From assembly GCA_002269645.1 (NCBI GenBank), contig NIVC01000025.1, forward strand, positions 372,001-436,000: DNA of 64,000 bases, given 5' to 3'. Made by a program: the position numbers and the translations under genes. The DNA is from Macrostomum lignano. Its lineage: Eukaryota. Positions 20,930 through 31,979 of this stretch are shown here, one piece after another. The notes below the pieces were generated by a model, which saw nothing but the letters and a program-made list of their open reading frames with translations, was not told where the DNA came from and ran no database searches. Positions within the stretch are counted from its first letter, which is position 1. Every line of letters starts with the position of its first letter.

Positions 20930-22260
20930 TTTAAATCTTGTACTGTTATCTGATTTTCAAACAAGATTCGCGCCATGTTATCCTGCGAAATTCCGATTCA
21001 AACAAGATTCAATCAAACAAGATAACAGAGAATTATCTGGTGGCGAATCTTGTACTGTTATCTGATTTTCAAACAAGATTCGCGCCATGTTATCCTGCGA
21101 GATTCCGATTCAAACAAGATAACAGAGAATTATCTGGTGGCGAATCTTGTACTGTTATCTGATTTTCAAACAAGATTCGCGCCATGTTATCCTGCGAAAT
21201 TCCGATTCAAACAAGATTCAATCAAACAAGATAACAGAGAATTATCTGGTGGCGAATCTTGTACTGTTATCTGATTTTCAAACAAGATTCGCGCCATGTT
21301 ATCCTGCGAGATTCCGATTCAAACAAGATAACAGAGAATTATCTGGTGGCGAATCTTGTACTGTTATCTGATTTTCAAACAAGATTCGCGCCATGTTATC
21401 CTGCGAAATTCCGATTCAAACAAGATTCAATCAAACAAGATAACAGAGAATTATCTGGTGGCGAATCTTGTACTGTTATCTGATTTTCAAACAAGATTCG
21501 CGCCATGTTATCCTGCGAAATTCCGATTCAAACAAGATTCAATCAAACAAGATAACAGAGAATTATCTGGTGGCGAATCTTGTACTGTTATCTGATTTTC
21601 AAACAAGATTCGCGCCATGTTATCCTGCGAAATTCCGATTCAAACAAGATTCAATCAAACAAGATAACAGAGAATTATCTGGTGGCGAATCTTGTACTGT
21701 TATCTGATTTTCAAACAAGATTCGCGCCATGTTATCCTGCGAGATTCCGATTCAAACAAGATAACAGAGAATTATCTGGTGGCGAATCTTGTACTGTTAT
21801 CTGATTTTCAAACAAGATTCGCGCCATGTTATCCTGCGAGATTCCGATTCAAACAAGATAACAGAGAATTATCTGGTGGCGAATCTTGTACTGTTATCTG
21901 ATTTTCAAACAAGATTCGCGCCATGTTATCCTGCGAAATTCCGATTCAAACAAGATTCAATCAAACAAGATAACAGAGAATTATCTGGTGGCGAATCTTG
22001 TACTGTTATCTGATTTTCAAACAAGATTCGCGCCATGTTATCCTGCGAAATTCCGATTCAAACAAGATTCAATCAAACAAGATAACAGAGAATTATCTGG
22101 TGGCGAATCTTGTACTGTTATCTGTCTTTCAAACAAGATTCGCGCCATGTTATCCTGCGAATTTCAGATAACTCACCAGATAACAGTCAAACAAGAAAAC
22201 AAAAAATTACCTGGTGGCGAATCTTGTCGTGTAATCTGATTACTCAACAAGATTCGGGCC
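20930..22260 (+). repeat. 112/97-bp two-variant tandem array in the transposon's right subterminal region
   Basis: Unit starts at 20938, 21050, 21147, 21259, 21356, 21468, 21580, 21692, 21789, 21886, 21998, 22110. Confidence 0.97.
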
Positions 22261-22721
22261 ATGTTATCTGGTGAAATTCAGATAACTCACCAGATAACAG
22301 ACAAATCAGATAACACTAAAATTACCTGGTGACGAATCTGGTGGTTTCACCAGTTTCGCACCTCAAACAAGGAAATCGGTAGTGAATCTGCCAAGATTCG
22401 CAAATTATCTTGTGGTGTTATCTGTTTTATTTACCAGAGGGAAATAGCTTGCTAATTGGTTCGCCATAATGTACATTAGCAAGTCCACTGATATGTACAT
22501 GGCAGCTTTAGGCTGGAATTCCGAGAAAGGCAATAAAAAGGGGTGGGGTGGAGGGTTATGTGGAAAGGCGCTGTTGAAGGGTTTAAGCTGGGGAGGGAGG
22601 TAAGAGCCAATAAAATGAGCCTTGGCTTTAATAAAACATTAAAATGCTCAGTTAAACTTACTACTGAACTGAAAGTAGTTTACACGCAATTGCGCTGATC
22701 CAGTTATTCTAGTATCTGTTG

Positions 22722-22915
22722 TCTCAGGTAGTGTCTAGAGTCTATCTGCCATCACCTGAAGCACGGGTCTCAGGTAGGGTGTTTAGGGTCTATCTTTCAT
22801 CACCTGAAACACAGGTCTCAGGTAGGGTGTTTAGGGTCTATCTTTTATCACCTGAAGCACGGGTCTCAGGTAGGGTGTTTAGGGTCTATCTTTCATTACC
22901 CGAAGCACGAGTGTC
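22722..22915 (+). repeat. 48-bp tandem repeat (~4 copies) at the 3' end of the cenH3 intron
   Basis: CAGGTAGGGTGTTTAGGGTCTATCTTTCATCACCTGAA(A/G)CAC(A/G)GGTCT; a related unit lies at ~16885-16930. Confidence 0.9.
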
Positions 22916-22932
22916 TGCTGTTCAATCCTCAG

Positions 22933-23337
22933 AACTCAAAGCAACACCAGAAGCAGCATAAAAAGCAACAACACCAGCAGCGAAAACAGAAACAAAAATC
23001 TTCAAAGCCTGAGCCTCGAACTCATCGGCGGCGTAAAAATCACATCGACAGAGAAATTAGGTTTATGCAGACTACCACTAAACTGTTAATTCGCAAGCTG
23101 CCATTTATGCGCCTAGTCAAGGAGGTGACCGCGCATTTGAAGCACAATGGTCAGCTGCCCGCCGCGCCAGGTGTTGGCGAAACCTGGCAAGCTGCCGCCG
23201 TGCTGTGCCTGCAGACCGCCGCTGAAGCCTACGTTATTCAACTGCTGTCGGATGCTTATAAAATCTGCAGCCATTGCCGCAGGGTGACGCTAAAACGGGA
23301 GGATCTGGCGCTGGTCTGCGAACTGTGCCGCGTCTGA
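22933..23337 (+). CDS. CENPA: cenH3/CENP-A-like histone, exon 2 (Q/K-rich linker + histone fold)
   Basis: REIRFMQTTTKLLIRKLPFMRLVKEV...WQAAAVLCLQTAAEAYVIQLLSDAY...RVTL; cenH3 diagnostics versus H3: Q68>M, F84>W, T107>A, lengthened loop 1; acceptor CCTCAG|AAC in frame. Confidence 0.85.
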   Translation, partial: NSKQHQKQHKKQQHQQRKQKQKSSKPEPRTHRRRKNHIDREIRFMQTTTKLLIRKLPFMRLVKEVTAHLKHNGQLPAAPGVGETWQAAAVLCLQTAAEAYVIQLLSDAYKICSHCRRVTLKREDLALVCELCRV

Positions 23338-23430
23338 ATTTTTAAAAACAATTTTTGTGTTGCACAAAGTTTTGTTTTCTTTAGTTGGATAGGAGCGCAA
23401 AATTTCGCAATTTTAATTGACCGAATCTAC

Positions 23431-23932
23431 GGCTAGCCAACGGAAAATTCCCAAGGCCGAAATAGGCAGCCAATAGAAAATTCCTAAGGTCGAAGTAGGC
23501 AGCCAATGGAAAATTCCTAAGGTCGAAGTAGGCAGCCAACGGAAAATTCCCAAGGCCGAAATAGGCAGCCAATGGAAAATTCTTAAGGTCGAAGTAGGCA
23601 GCCAATGGAAAATTCTTAAGGTCGAAGTAGGCAGCCAATGGAAAATTCCCAAGGTCATGGTAGGCAGCCGATGGAAAATCCCCAAGGTCATGATAGGCAG
23701 CCAATGGAAAATTCCTAAGGTCGAATTAGGCAGCCGATGGAAAATCCCCAAGGTCATGGTAGGCAGCCAATGGAAAATTCCCAAGGTCATGATAGGCAGC
23801 CAATGGAAAATTCCTAAGGTCGAATTAGGCAGCCGATGGAAAATCCCCAAGGTTATGGTAGGCAGCCAATGGAAAATTCCCAAGGCCGAAGTAGACAGCC
23901 AATGGAAAATTCCCAAGGCTCAAGTAGGCAGC
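23431..23932 (+). repeat. 33-bp minisatellite, ~15 copies
   Basis: GGCAGCCAATGGAAAATTCC(C/T)AAGGTCGAAGTA and variants. Confidence 0.95.
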
Positions 23933-24504
23933 AAAGCAGTAATTTTTCAACGATAAAAATATCGTTGGCTTTTACCTGTTATAGTTACTCAGCACAGAAA
24001 TAGATAGTTAATACACACTCACATGGCTGGTAAATATGTTTATCATATCTTATCATTGCAATTGTCATATTTTTGTATTGGTCTATTATGCAATTATTCA
24101 TCTAATTTGAGCTTATTCAATTTAGAAAACTCAATAGCCAATTTTTCAACTTTCATTCCGGCTTCCGTTATTACTCTATATTTAGTATTTTAGTCTGTAT
24201 TTAGTATTTATATAAGTAGCAATATCTGAATTACCTAGGTTGCATTTTATGAACAGCTAATTTTTATCAAATCCGATTACCCAAAACTGCTGTTCATTTC
24301 ATTCTCCATCTTTCTCTCATTGTTGTTTTTTTCTTAAAAAAATACTCTTTTTCCCACAAGCTGCTTTTGTCACCATTTTTTGCTCTGTTTTTAATATAAT
24401 TTGTTCAAATTATACTTTGTTTCTTTTGTTTCAGACTTGTTTTAATTTTACCGATCGGTTTCTGTATTGGCATCCTGTCTTCGCTTAGTCTCACACTTAT
24501 TAAT

Positions 24505-25520
24505 CTGTCACATGTGTCTGTCTGCCTGTCTCACCTGTCTGACTGTCTCACCTGTCTGTCTGACTGCTCACCTGTATGTCTGTCTGTCTGACTGTCTCAC
24601 CTGTCTGTCTGACTGCTCACCTGTATGTCTGACTGCTCACCTGTATGTCTGTCTGTCTGACTGTCTCACCTGTCTGTCTGACTGTCTCACCTGTCTGTCT
24701 GACTGTCTCACTTGTATGTCTGTCTGTCTGACTGTCTCACCTGTATGTCTGTCTGTCTGACTGTCTCACCTGTCTGTCTGACTGTCTCACCTGTCTGTCT
24801 GCCTGTCTCACCTGTCTGTCAGACTGTCTACCTGTCTGTCTGTCTGACTGTCTACCTGTCTGTCTGTCTGACTGTCTCACCTGTCTGTCTGACTCTCACT
24901 TCTGTCTGACTCTCACCTCTATTCTGACTCTCACCTGTCTGTCTGACTCTCACCTCTGTCTGACTCTCACCTCTATCTGACTTCCACCTGTCTGATTCAC
25001 CTCTATCTGACTCTCACCTGTCTGTCTGACTCTCACCTCTATCTGACTCCCACCTGTCTGATTCACCTCTATCTGACTCTCACCTGTCTGTCTGACTCTC
25101 ACCTCTATCTGACTTCCACCTGTCTAATTCACCTCTATCTGACTCTCACCTTTCTGTCTGACTCTCACCTCTATATGACTTCCACCTGTCTGATTCACCT
25201 CTATCTGACTCTCACCTGTCTGATTCACCTCTATCTGACTCCCACCTGTCTGATTCACCTCTATCTGACTCTCACCTGTCTGTCTGACTCTCACCTCTAT
25301 ATGACTTCCACCTGTCTGATTCACCTCTATCTGACTCTCACCTGTCTGTCTGACTCTCACCTCTATATGACTTCCACCTGTCTGATTCACCTCTATCTGA
25401 CTCTCACCTGTCTGTCTGACTCTCACCTCTATCTGACTCTCACCTGTCTGTCTGACTCTCACCTCTATCTGACTCCCACCTCTGTCTGACTCTCACCTGT
25501 GTGTCTGACTCTCATCTGTC
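24505..25520 (+). repeat. Compound CTGT / CTCACCTG / CTCTATCTGA low-complexity array
   Basis: Visible mosaic of short pyrimidine-rich units. Confidence 0.93.
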
Positions 25521-25608
25521 TTTTTAATAATGGCTATTTTCGGTCCTAGTTATAACAGTACAAAAGTCTGCCAACTTAATACTCAATAGACATTTACACT
25601 CATTCCAG

Positions 25609-26073
25609 GAGGGCCCTCGCGTACTCAGCGTGAGCTTCAACCAGGACTTCACCTCTTTAGCGGTGGGCCTGAGCTGCGGCTACCGACTCTACAGCCTGTC
25701 GCAGAATGCCGATCGCCTCGAAGAAGTGTTCCGTCACGACGGAGACGAAGTCTGCATAATCGAGCGACACTATTCGAGCTCATTAGTTGCCATGGTAACC
25801 CAGGCGGCGCCTAGGAAACTAAGAGTCTGCCATTTCAAAAAGGGCACAGAGATTTGCAGTTGCAGCTACTCTAACAGCATCCTGGCTGTTAGATTGAACC
25901 GGCAGCGGCTTGTCGTGTGCCTGGAGGACTCGCTGTACATTCACAACCTGCAGGATATGAAGGTGCTGCACACTATTCGGGAGACTCCGCCTAATAGGCT
26001 CGGCTTGTGCGCCTTGGGCTCAGCGAATGACAGCTCGCTTTTGGCTTATCCTGGTAGCGCTCAACTCGGCGAA
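25609..26073 (+). CDS. WIPI2: WIPI1/2 (Atg18 PROPPIN), first identifiable coding exon
   Basis: [12 protein letters not shown]...[47 protein letters not shown]; CCAG| acceptor, GAA|GTAATT donor. Confidence 0.92.
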
Positions 26074-26104
26074 GTAATTAACTGTTCTCCGCTTGTAATG
26101 ATTT

Positions 26105-27925
26105 ACGATTCACCGAGATTCACTAATCCCGGTTTGGAATCACTAATTCTCATCTAGATTCACTAATCCTTATCTGGATTCACTAATCCTCATCTGGATT
26201 CCCTAATCATCAACTACCTGGATTCACTAATCCTCATCTGAGATTCACTAATCCTCATCAGGATTCACTAATCCTTATCAGGATTCATTAATCCTCATCT
26301 GGATTCACTAATCCTCATCTGGATTCACTAATCCTTATCTGGATTCACTAATCCTCATCTGGATTCCCTAATCATCAACTACCTGGATTCACTAATCCTC
26401 ATCTGAGATTCACTATTCCTCATCTGAGATTCACCATTCCTCATCTGAGATTCACTATTCCTCATCTGAGATTCACTAATTCTTATTTGGACTCATAAAT
26501 CCTCACCTGGATTCACTAATTCTTATCTGGACTCATTAATCATCATCTTTATTTACTAATCCTCATCTGGATTCACTAATCCTTATCTGAGATTCACTAA
26601 TCCTCATTTGGATTCACTAATCCTCATCTGGATTCACTAATCCTCATCTGAGATTCACTAATCCTCATCTGAGATTCACTAATCCTCATCAGGATTCACT
26701 AATCCTTATCAGGATTCATTAATCCTCATCTGGATTCACTAATCCTCATCAGGATCCACTAATCCTCATCTGAGATTCACTAATCCGTATCAGGATTCAT
26801 TAATCCTCATCTGAGATTCACTAATCCTCATCTGAGATTCACTAATCCTCATCAGGATTCACTAATCCTTATCAGGATTCATTAATCCTCATCTGGATTC
26901 ACTAATCCTCATCTGGATTCACTAATCCTTATCTGGATTCACTAATCCTCATCTGGATTCCCTAATCATCAACTACCTGGATTCACTAATCCTCATCTGA
27001 GATTCACTATTCCTCATCTGAGATTCACTATTCCTCATCTGAGATTCACTATTCCTCATCTGAGATTCACTAATTCTTATTTGGACTCATAAATCCTCAC
27101 CTGGATTCACTAATTCTTATCTGGACTCATTAATCATCATCTTTATTCACTAATCCTCATCTGAATTCACTAATCCTCATCTGGATTCACTAATCCTTAT
27201 CTGAGATTCAATAATCCTCATTTGGATTCACTAATCCTCATCTGGATTCACTAATCCTCATCTGAGATTCACTAATCCTCATCTGAGATTCACTAATCCT
27301 CATCAGGATTCACTAATCCTTATCAGGATTCATTAATCCTCATCTGGATTCACTAATCCTCATCAGGATCCACTAATCCTCATCTGAGATTCACTAATCC
27401 TTATCAGGATTCATTAATCCTCATCTGAGATTCACTAATCCTCATCTGAGATTCACTAATCCTCATCAGGATTCACTAATCCTTATCAGGATTCATTAAT
27501 CCTCATCTGGATTCACTAATCCTCATCTGGATTCACTAATCCTTATCTGAGATTCACTAATCCTTATCTGAGATTCACTAATCCTCATCAGGATCCACTA
27601 ATCCTCATCTGAGATTCACTAATCCTCATCAGGATTCACTCATCCTTATCAGGATTCATTAATCCTCATCTGGATTCTGGATTCGCTAATCCTCATATGG
27701 ATTCACTAATCCTCATCTGGATTCTGGATTCGCTAATACTCATATGGATGCACTAATCCTCATCAAAATTCACTAATCCTTATCTGGATTCATTAATCCT
27801 CATCTGGATTAATCCTCACCAGGATTCACTAATCCTCACCTGAGACACTAATCCTCATCTGGATTCACTAATTCTCACATAGATTCACTAATTCTCACCT
27901 GGATTCACTAATCATCGCCTGGATT
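26105..27925 (+). repeat. 20-21-bp minisatellite filling a WIPI intron (~85-90 copies)
   Basis: (G/GA)GATTCACTAATCCTCATCT units. Confidence 0.96.
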
Positions 27926-27948
27926 AAACTATATGATCCCGATTCCAG

Positions 27949-28280
27949 GTGCACATATTCGACACCGTGGCTCTGAAGCCGCTCTGCGTAGTGGCCGCTC
28001 ACGACAGTCCACTGGCTGCCATCAGCTTCAACGCTCAGGCCAACAAGCTGGCCACAGCCTCGGAGAAGGGCACCGTTATTCGCATATTCTCTGTGCCCGA
28101 GGGCCAGCGTCTGTTGGAGTTTAGACGCGGCGTTAAACGTTGCGTCACCGTCTATTCTTTAGCGTTCAGCCGGGACAGCCGGCTGCTGGCCTGCAGCTCC
28201 AATACGGAGACGCTGCACGTGTTCTGCCTGCAGCCAACCACCGGGCAGGTTGCGGCTGCTGCGCCTGGACACGCTGGGAG
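27949..28280 (+). CDS. WIPI2: WIPI1/2 exon with the FRRG phosphoinositide-binding motif
   Basis: [17 protein letters not shown]...[32 protein letters not shown]...[10 protein letters not shown]; 3' boundary 28280 (alternative 28248) uncertain. Confidence 0.92.
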
Positions 28281-28284
28281 GTTG

Positions 28285-29135
28285 GTTGCTAGGGTATTGT
28301 CCAAGGTTGCTAGGGTGTTGTCCATGGTTGCTAGGGTGTTGTCCATGGTTGCTAGGGTGTTGTCCATGGTTGCTAGAGTGTTGTCCATGGTTGCTAGGGT
28401 GTTGTCCATGGTTGCTAGAGTGTTGTCCATGGTTGCTAGGGTGTTGTCCATGGTTGCTAGGGTGTTGTCCATGGTTGCTAGGGTGTTGTCCATGGTTGCT
28501 AGGGTGTTGTCCATGGTTGCTAGGGTGTTGTCCATGGTTGCTAGAGTGTTGTCCATGGTTGCTAGGGTGTTGTCCATGGTTGCTAGGGTGTTGTCCATGG
28601 TTGCTAGGGTGTTGTCCATGGTTGCAAACTGATTTTCGACGGTTTCTAATGATTTTAGATGGTTGCTAGGGTGTTGTCCATGGTTTCTAGGGTGTTGTCC
28701 ATGGTTGCTAGAGCATTTTCATGGTTGCAAACTGATTTTCGATGGTTTCTAATGATTTTAGATGGTTGCTAGGGCATTGTCATTTGTTGCTAGGGTGTTG
28801 TCCATGGTAGCTAGGGGATTTTTAATGGTTGCAAAAGGATTCTCGGTGGTTTCTAAAGATTTTAGATGGTTGCTAGGGCATTGTCAGTGGTTTCTATGGC
28901 ATTTTAAATGGTTGTTATAACATGTTCGGTGGTTTCTCAGGGATTTTCGATGGTTGCCAACCTTCATCATCGTCAATCAATAGTTGCTAAAGGTTATTTG
29001 ATGGTTTCTAGAGATACTTTTTTATGGTTGTTAGGGCATTGTCAATGGTTGCTAAAGAATTTTCGATGGTTGCTACGGCATTAGATGGTTGCTTAGGCAT
29101 TGGTTCGTTAGGCATTGTCAATGGTTGCTAGCCGA
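28285..29135 (+). repeat. 21-bp intronic minisatellite (~16 clean copies, then decaying)
   Basis: GTTGCTAGGGTGTTGTCCATG. Confidence 0.95.
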
Positions 29136-29187
29136 TAGATCAGAAGCGGCACTAACATAGCAAAGTGCATCTGCTCAATCATCTCAG

Positions 29188-29803
29188 CGGCGGCAGTAGC
29201 GGCTCGGCAGCAGTAGCGGCGGCCCCGGCCGAGGACTCGTGGATGGACTGGGCCTACAAAGCGTCGGCTTCGTATTTGCCGGCGGCGCTCAGCCAGGACC
29301 GCGACTTCGCCACCGCTCGACTGCCAGACGGCGGCGGTCGGACCCTCTGCTGTCTGGTCACCATCGGCAAGCACCTGCGCCTCCTCTGCGCCGGCCCAGA
29401 CGCCCATCTGAGCGTCTTCAACGTCAACGAGCACGTCGGCGGCGACTGCGGCCCCGTCGCCCGACTCGACCTGCGCGGCGAGCCGCCGATTCCTGGCAGC
29501 GCCGCTCCGGCCCCGGCAGCTGCCGCCGTCTCCGGCGCCGCTGTGCCGTCTCCCGCGACGCTGCCCTCGGCGCCTTCGCCAGTGCAGCAGCAGCAGCAGC
29601 TGACATCTCCGCCGACGCCGCCGCCGTCTCTGCCGCTGCCTCAGTCGTCGGCATCAGCATCGTCTCCGACGCCTTCGAACGGCGGCCGTCAGCATCGCCG
29701 ATCCAACGAAGCCGCAGTCGCGGAGACGACCGCCGCGGCTGGCCGGCTGAACCTGCAGGACAGTCAGGAGTTCCCGCCTCCGTGCGGCGCCTCGACCAAT
29801 TGA
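29188..29803 (+). CDS. WIPI2: WIPI1/2 last coding exon with a low-complexity C-terminal tail
   Basis: SWMDWAYKASASYLP..LSQDRDFATARLP blade-7 motif; phase-2 acceptor ~30 nt after a CTAAC branch point; stop at 29801-29803. Confidence 0.85.
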
Positions 29804-29988
29804 AATGTCGATTTTCAGCGCCGGGTGACAAAAATCTGCAACGCACTTTCTCTGCTTTGTAATGATTGATTTCGTGTGAGGTTGGTGTCTGATTGCTGCT
29901 CTTTTGTGTTCTTTTTTGTGGGTGGATGCATGGCTTGCTGCATTCTCTTTTTCTCTCGCTTCTGTTTTCTCTGTTTACTTTTCGTCAA

Positions 29989-31065
29989 CCAGTCTACTCC
30001 ACCCCTCTCCCAGTCTACTCCACCCCTCTCCCAGTCTACTCCACCCCTCTCCCAGTCTACTCCACCCCTCTCCCAGTCTACTCCACCCCTCTCCCAGTCT
30101 ACTCCACCCCTCTCCCAGTCCACTCCACCCCTCTCCCAGTCTACTCCACCCCTCTCCCAGTCTACTCCACCCCTCTCCCAGTGTACTCCACCCCTCTCCC
30201 AGGCTACTCCACCCCTCTCCTAGTCTACTCCACCCCTCTCCCAGTCTACTCCACCCCTCTCCTAGTCTACTCCACCCCTCTTCCAGTCTACTCCACCCAT
30301 CTCCCAGTCTACTCCACCCCTCTCCTAGTCTACTCCACCCCTCTCCCAGTCTACTCCACCCCTCTCCTAGTCTACTCCACCCCTCTCCCAGTCTACTCCA
30401 CCCCTCTCCCAGTCTACTCCACCCCTCTCCTAGTCTACTCCACCCCTCTCCCAGTCTACTCCACCCCTCTCCCAGTCTACTCCACCCCTCTCCCAGGCTA
30501 CTCCACCCCTCTCCCAGTCTACTCCACCCCTCTCCCAGTCTACTCCACCCCTCTCCCAGTCTACTCCACCCCTCTCCCAGTGTACTCCACCCCTCTCCCA
30601 GGCTACTCCACCCCTCTCCTAGTCTACTCCACCCCTCTCCCAGTCTACTCCACCCCTCTCCTAGTCTACTCCACCCCTCTTCCAGTCTACTCCACCCATC
30701 TCCCAGGCTACTCCACCCCTCTCCTAGTCTACTCCACCCCTCTCCCAGTCTACTCCACCCCTCTCCTAGTCTACTCCACCCCTCTCCCAGTCTACTCCAC
30801 CCCTCTCCCAGTCTACTCCACCCCTCTCCTAGTCTACTCCACCCCTCTCCCAGTCTACTCCACCCCTCTCCCAGTCTACTCCACCCCTCTCCCAGGCTAC
30901 TCCACCCCTCTCCCAGTCTACTCCACCCCTCTCCCAGTCTACTCCACCCCTCTCCCAGTCTACTCCACCCCTCTCCCAGTGTACTCCAACCCTTCCCAGT
31001 GTACTCCACCCCTCTCCCAGTCTACTCCACCCCTCTCCCAGTGTACTCCAACCCTTCCCAGTCTA
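29989..31065 (+). repeat. 21-bp C-rich minisatellite, ~50 copies
   Basis: CAGTCTACTCCACCCCTCTCC. Confidence 0.97.
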
Positions 31066-31905
31066 CTCTGCTTCTCTCTCGAGTCTACTCCGCCGCTCCC
31101 TGTCTACTCTTTTTCTCTTACTGTGCGACAATGCTGGGTGCTCTATATGCCAGTGTGTTCAGTTTCTAATGTACATCCTGAGTCCATGATCGAGAATGCT
31201 ACTGACTGACTGCAAGCTCTTATTTAGAATTAGTGGCATGCCATTCTCTCTTTGTAATCTATCTATACTTGCACACGTAGAACTTTAGAGATGTACAAAC
31301 AATTATTGATTTCAAGTACTTTCTAATAACACTGCTTGGGATTTAACGGTAATTATATAGTCGTTTATTAACAGTAAATGTTATAATAATACACAGATTT
31401 CGATATCCAATTTTGATTTGTTAATATAAGAACAAAAAGTTACCTTCTGCTGTGCTTTATATCAACTTAGTTGTACTGCTGATAGCTGGTAAGGGATTTG
31501 TTATTACCAAAACAGCGTTATTCTGATTCCAGTTACCTTTCCAGTCTAATATTAGTAATCTGTGTGTGTACAGTTCAAATCCTTACTCAGAAGCGTTATT
31601 GTGGTCTGCTATTTATAACTTGACTTTTAATCTTGTATACAATTAATAAGTAATTCTGGATTTGTTTGAATTCTCAAGCATTATTATGAAAATCGATTTT
31701 TTAGGTTTATCAATCACTTCTTTATAATTATGATTTGTCGTTTTGCAGTCAGGCACTTCGCTTCTTACTGATTGGCGCAATTATCTGTTGAACTACAATT
31801 AAATGATTTCGTGTACTCTGCATTGTATTTGTGTAACAGCGCGATTGTAAATTTTATTTCTAATTTATTTATTGATTGTAACTTTTCTGTTTTTTTACTT
31901 TGATG

Positions 31906-31979
31906 TGGCTGGGGTGTCAGCAAGGGTGTCAGCTGGGGTGTCAGCTGGGGTGTCAGCTGGGGTGTCAGCTGGGGTGTCA
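31906..31979 (+). repeat. 12-bp repeat (~6 copies) just past the sulfotransferase stop
   Basis: GCTGGGGTGTCA. Confidence 0.9.

Larger units (their letters stand above)
17093..22441. mobile_element. Non-autonomous CACTA/EnSpm (CMC)-like DNA transposon, 5349 bp
   Basis: 37-bp TIRs (CCCTCTGGTAAACAAACCAGATAACACCACAAGATAA, 2 mismatches), 2-bp AA duplication deduced from the uninterrupted MITE copy, dense subterminal ACAAGAT(A/T)/GTTATC repeats; no transposase motif recognised. Confidence 0.8.
16931..22718. mobile_element. MITE copy 2 (inverted relative to copy 1), interrupted by the CACTA-like element
   Basis: 16931-17092 and 22442-22718 join into the reverse complement of the 15522-15978 interior. 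Confidence 0.75.

Noticed and set aside
19491-22260. CRISPR-like arrays or repeated small ORFs (MYCYLIFKQ...)
   Set aside because: Units are contiguous with no unique spacers, there are no cas genes and the context is eukaryotic; the ORFs are by-products of tandem repeats
17093-22441. piggyBac assignment (CCCT...AGGG termini)
   Set aside because: Flanks are GTAA/AAAT, not TTAA; the empty-site comparison implies a 2-bp duplication
29893-31209. 421-438-aa ORFs (VYSTPLP / LLHPSPS repeats)
   Set aside because: Translations of a 21-bp minisatellite, open in several frames and on both strands
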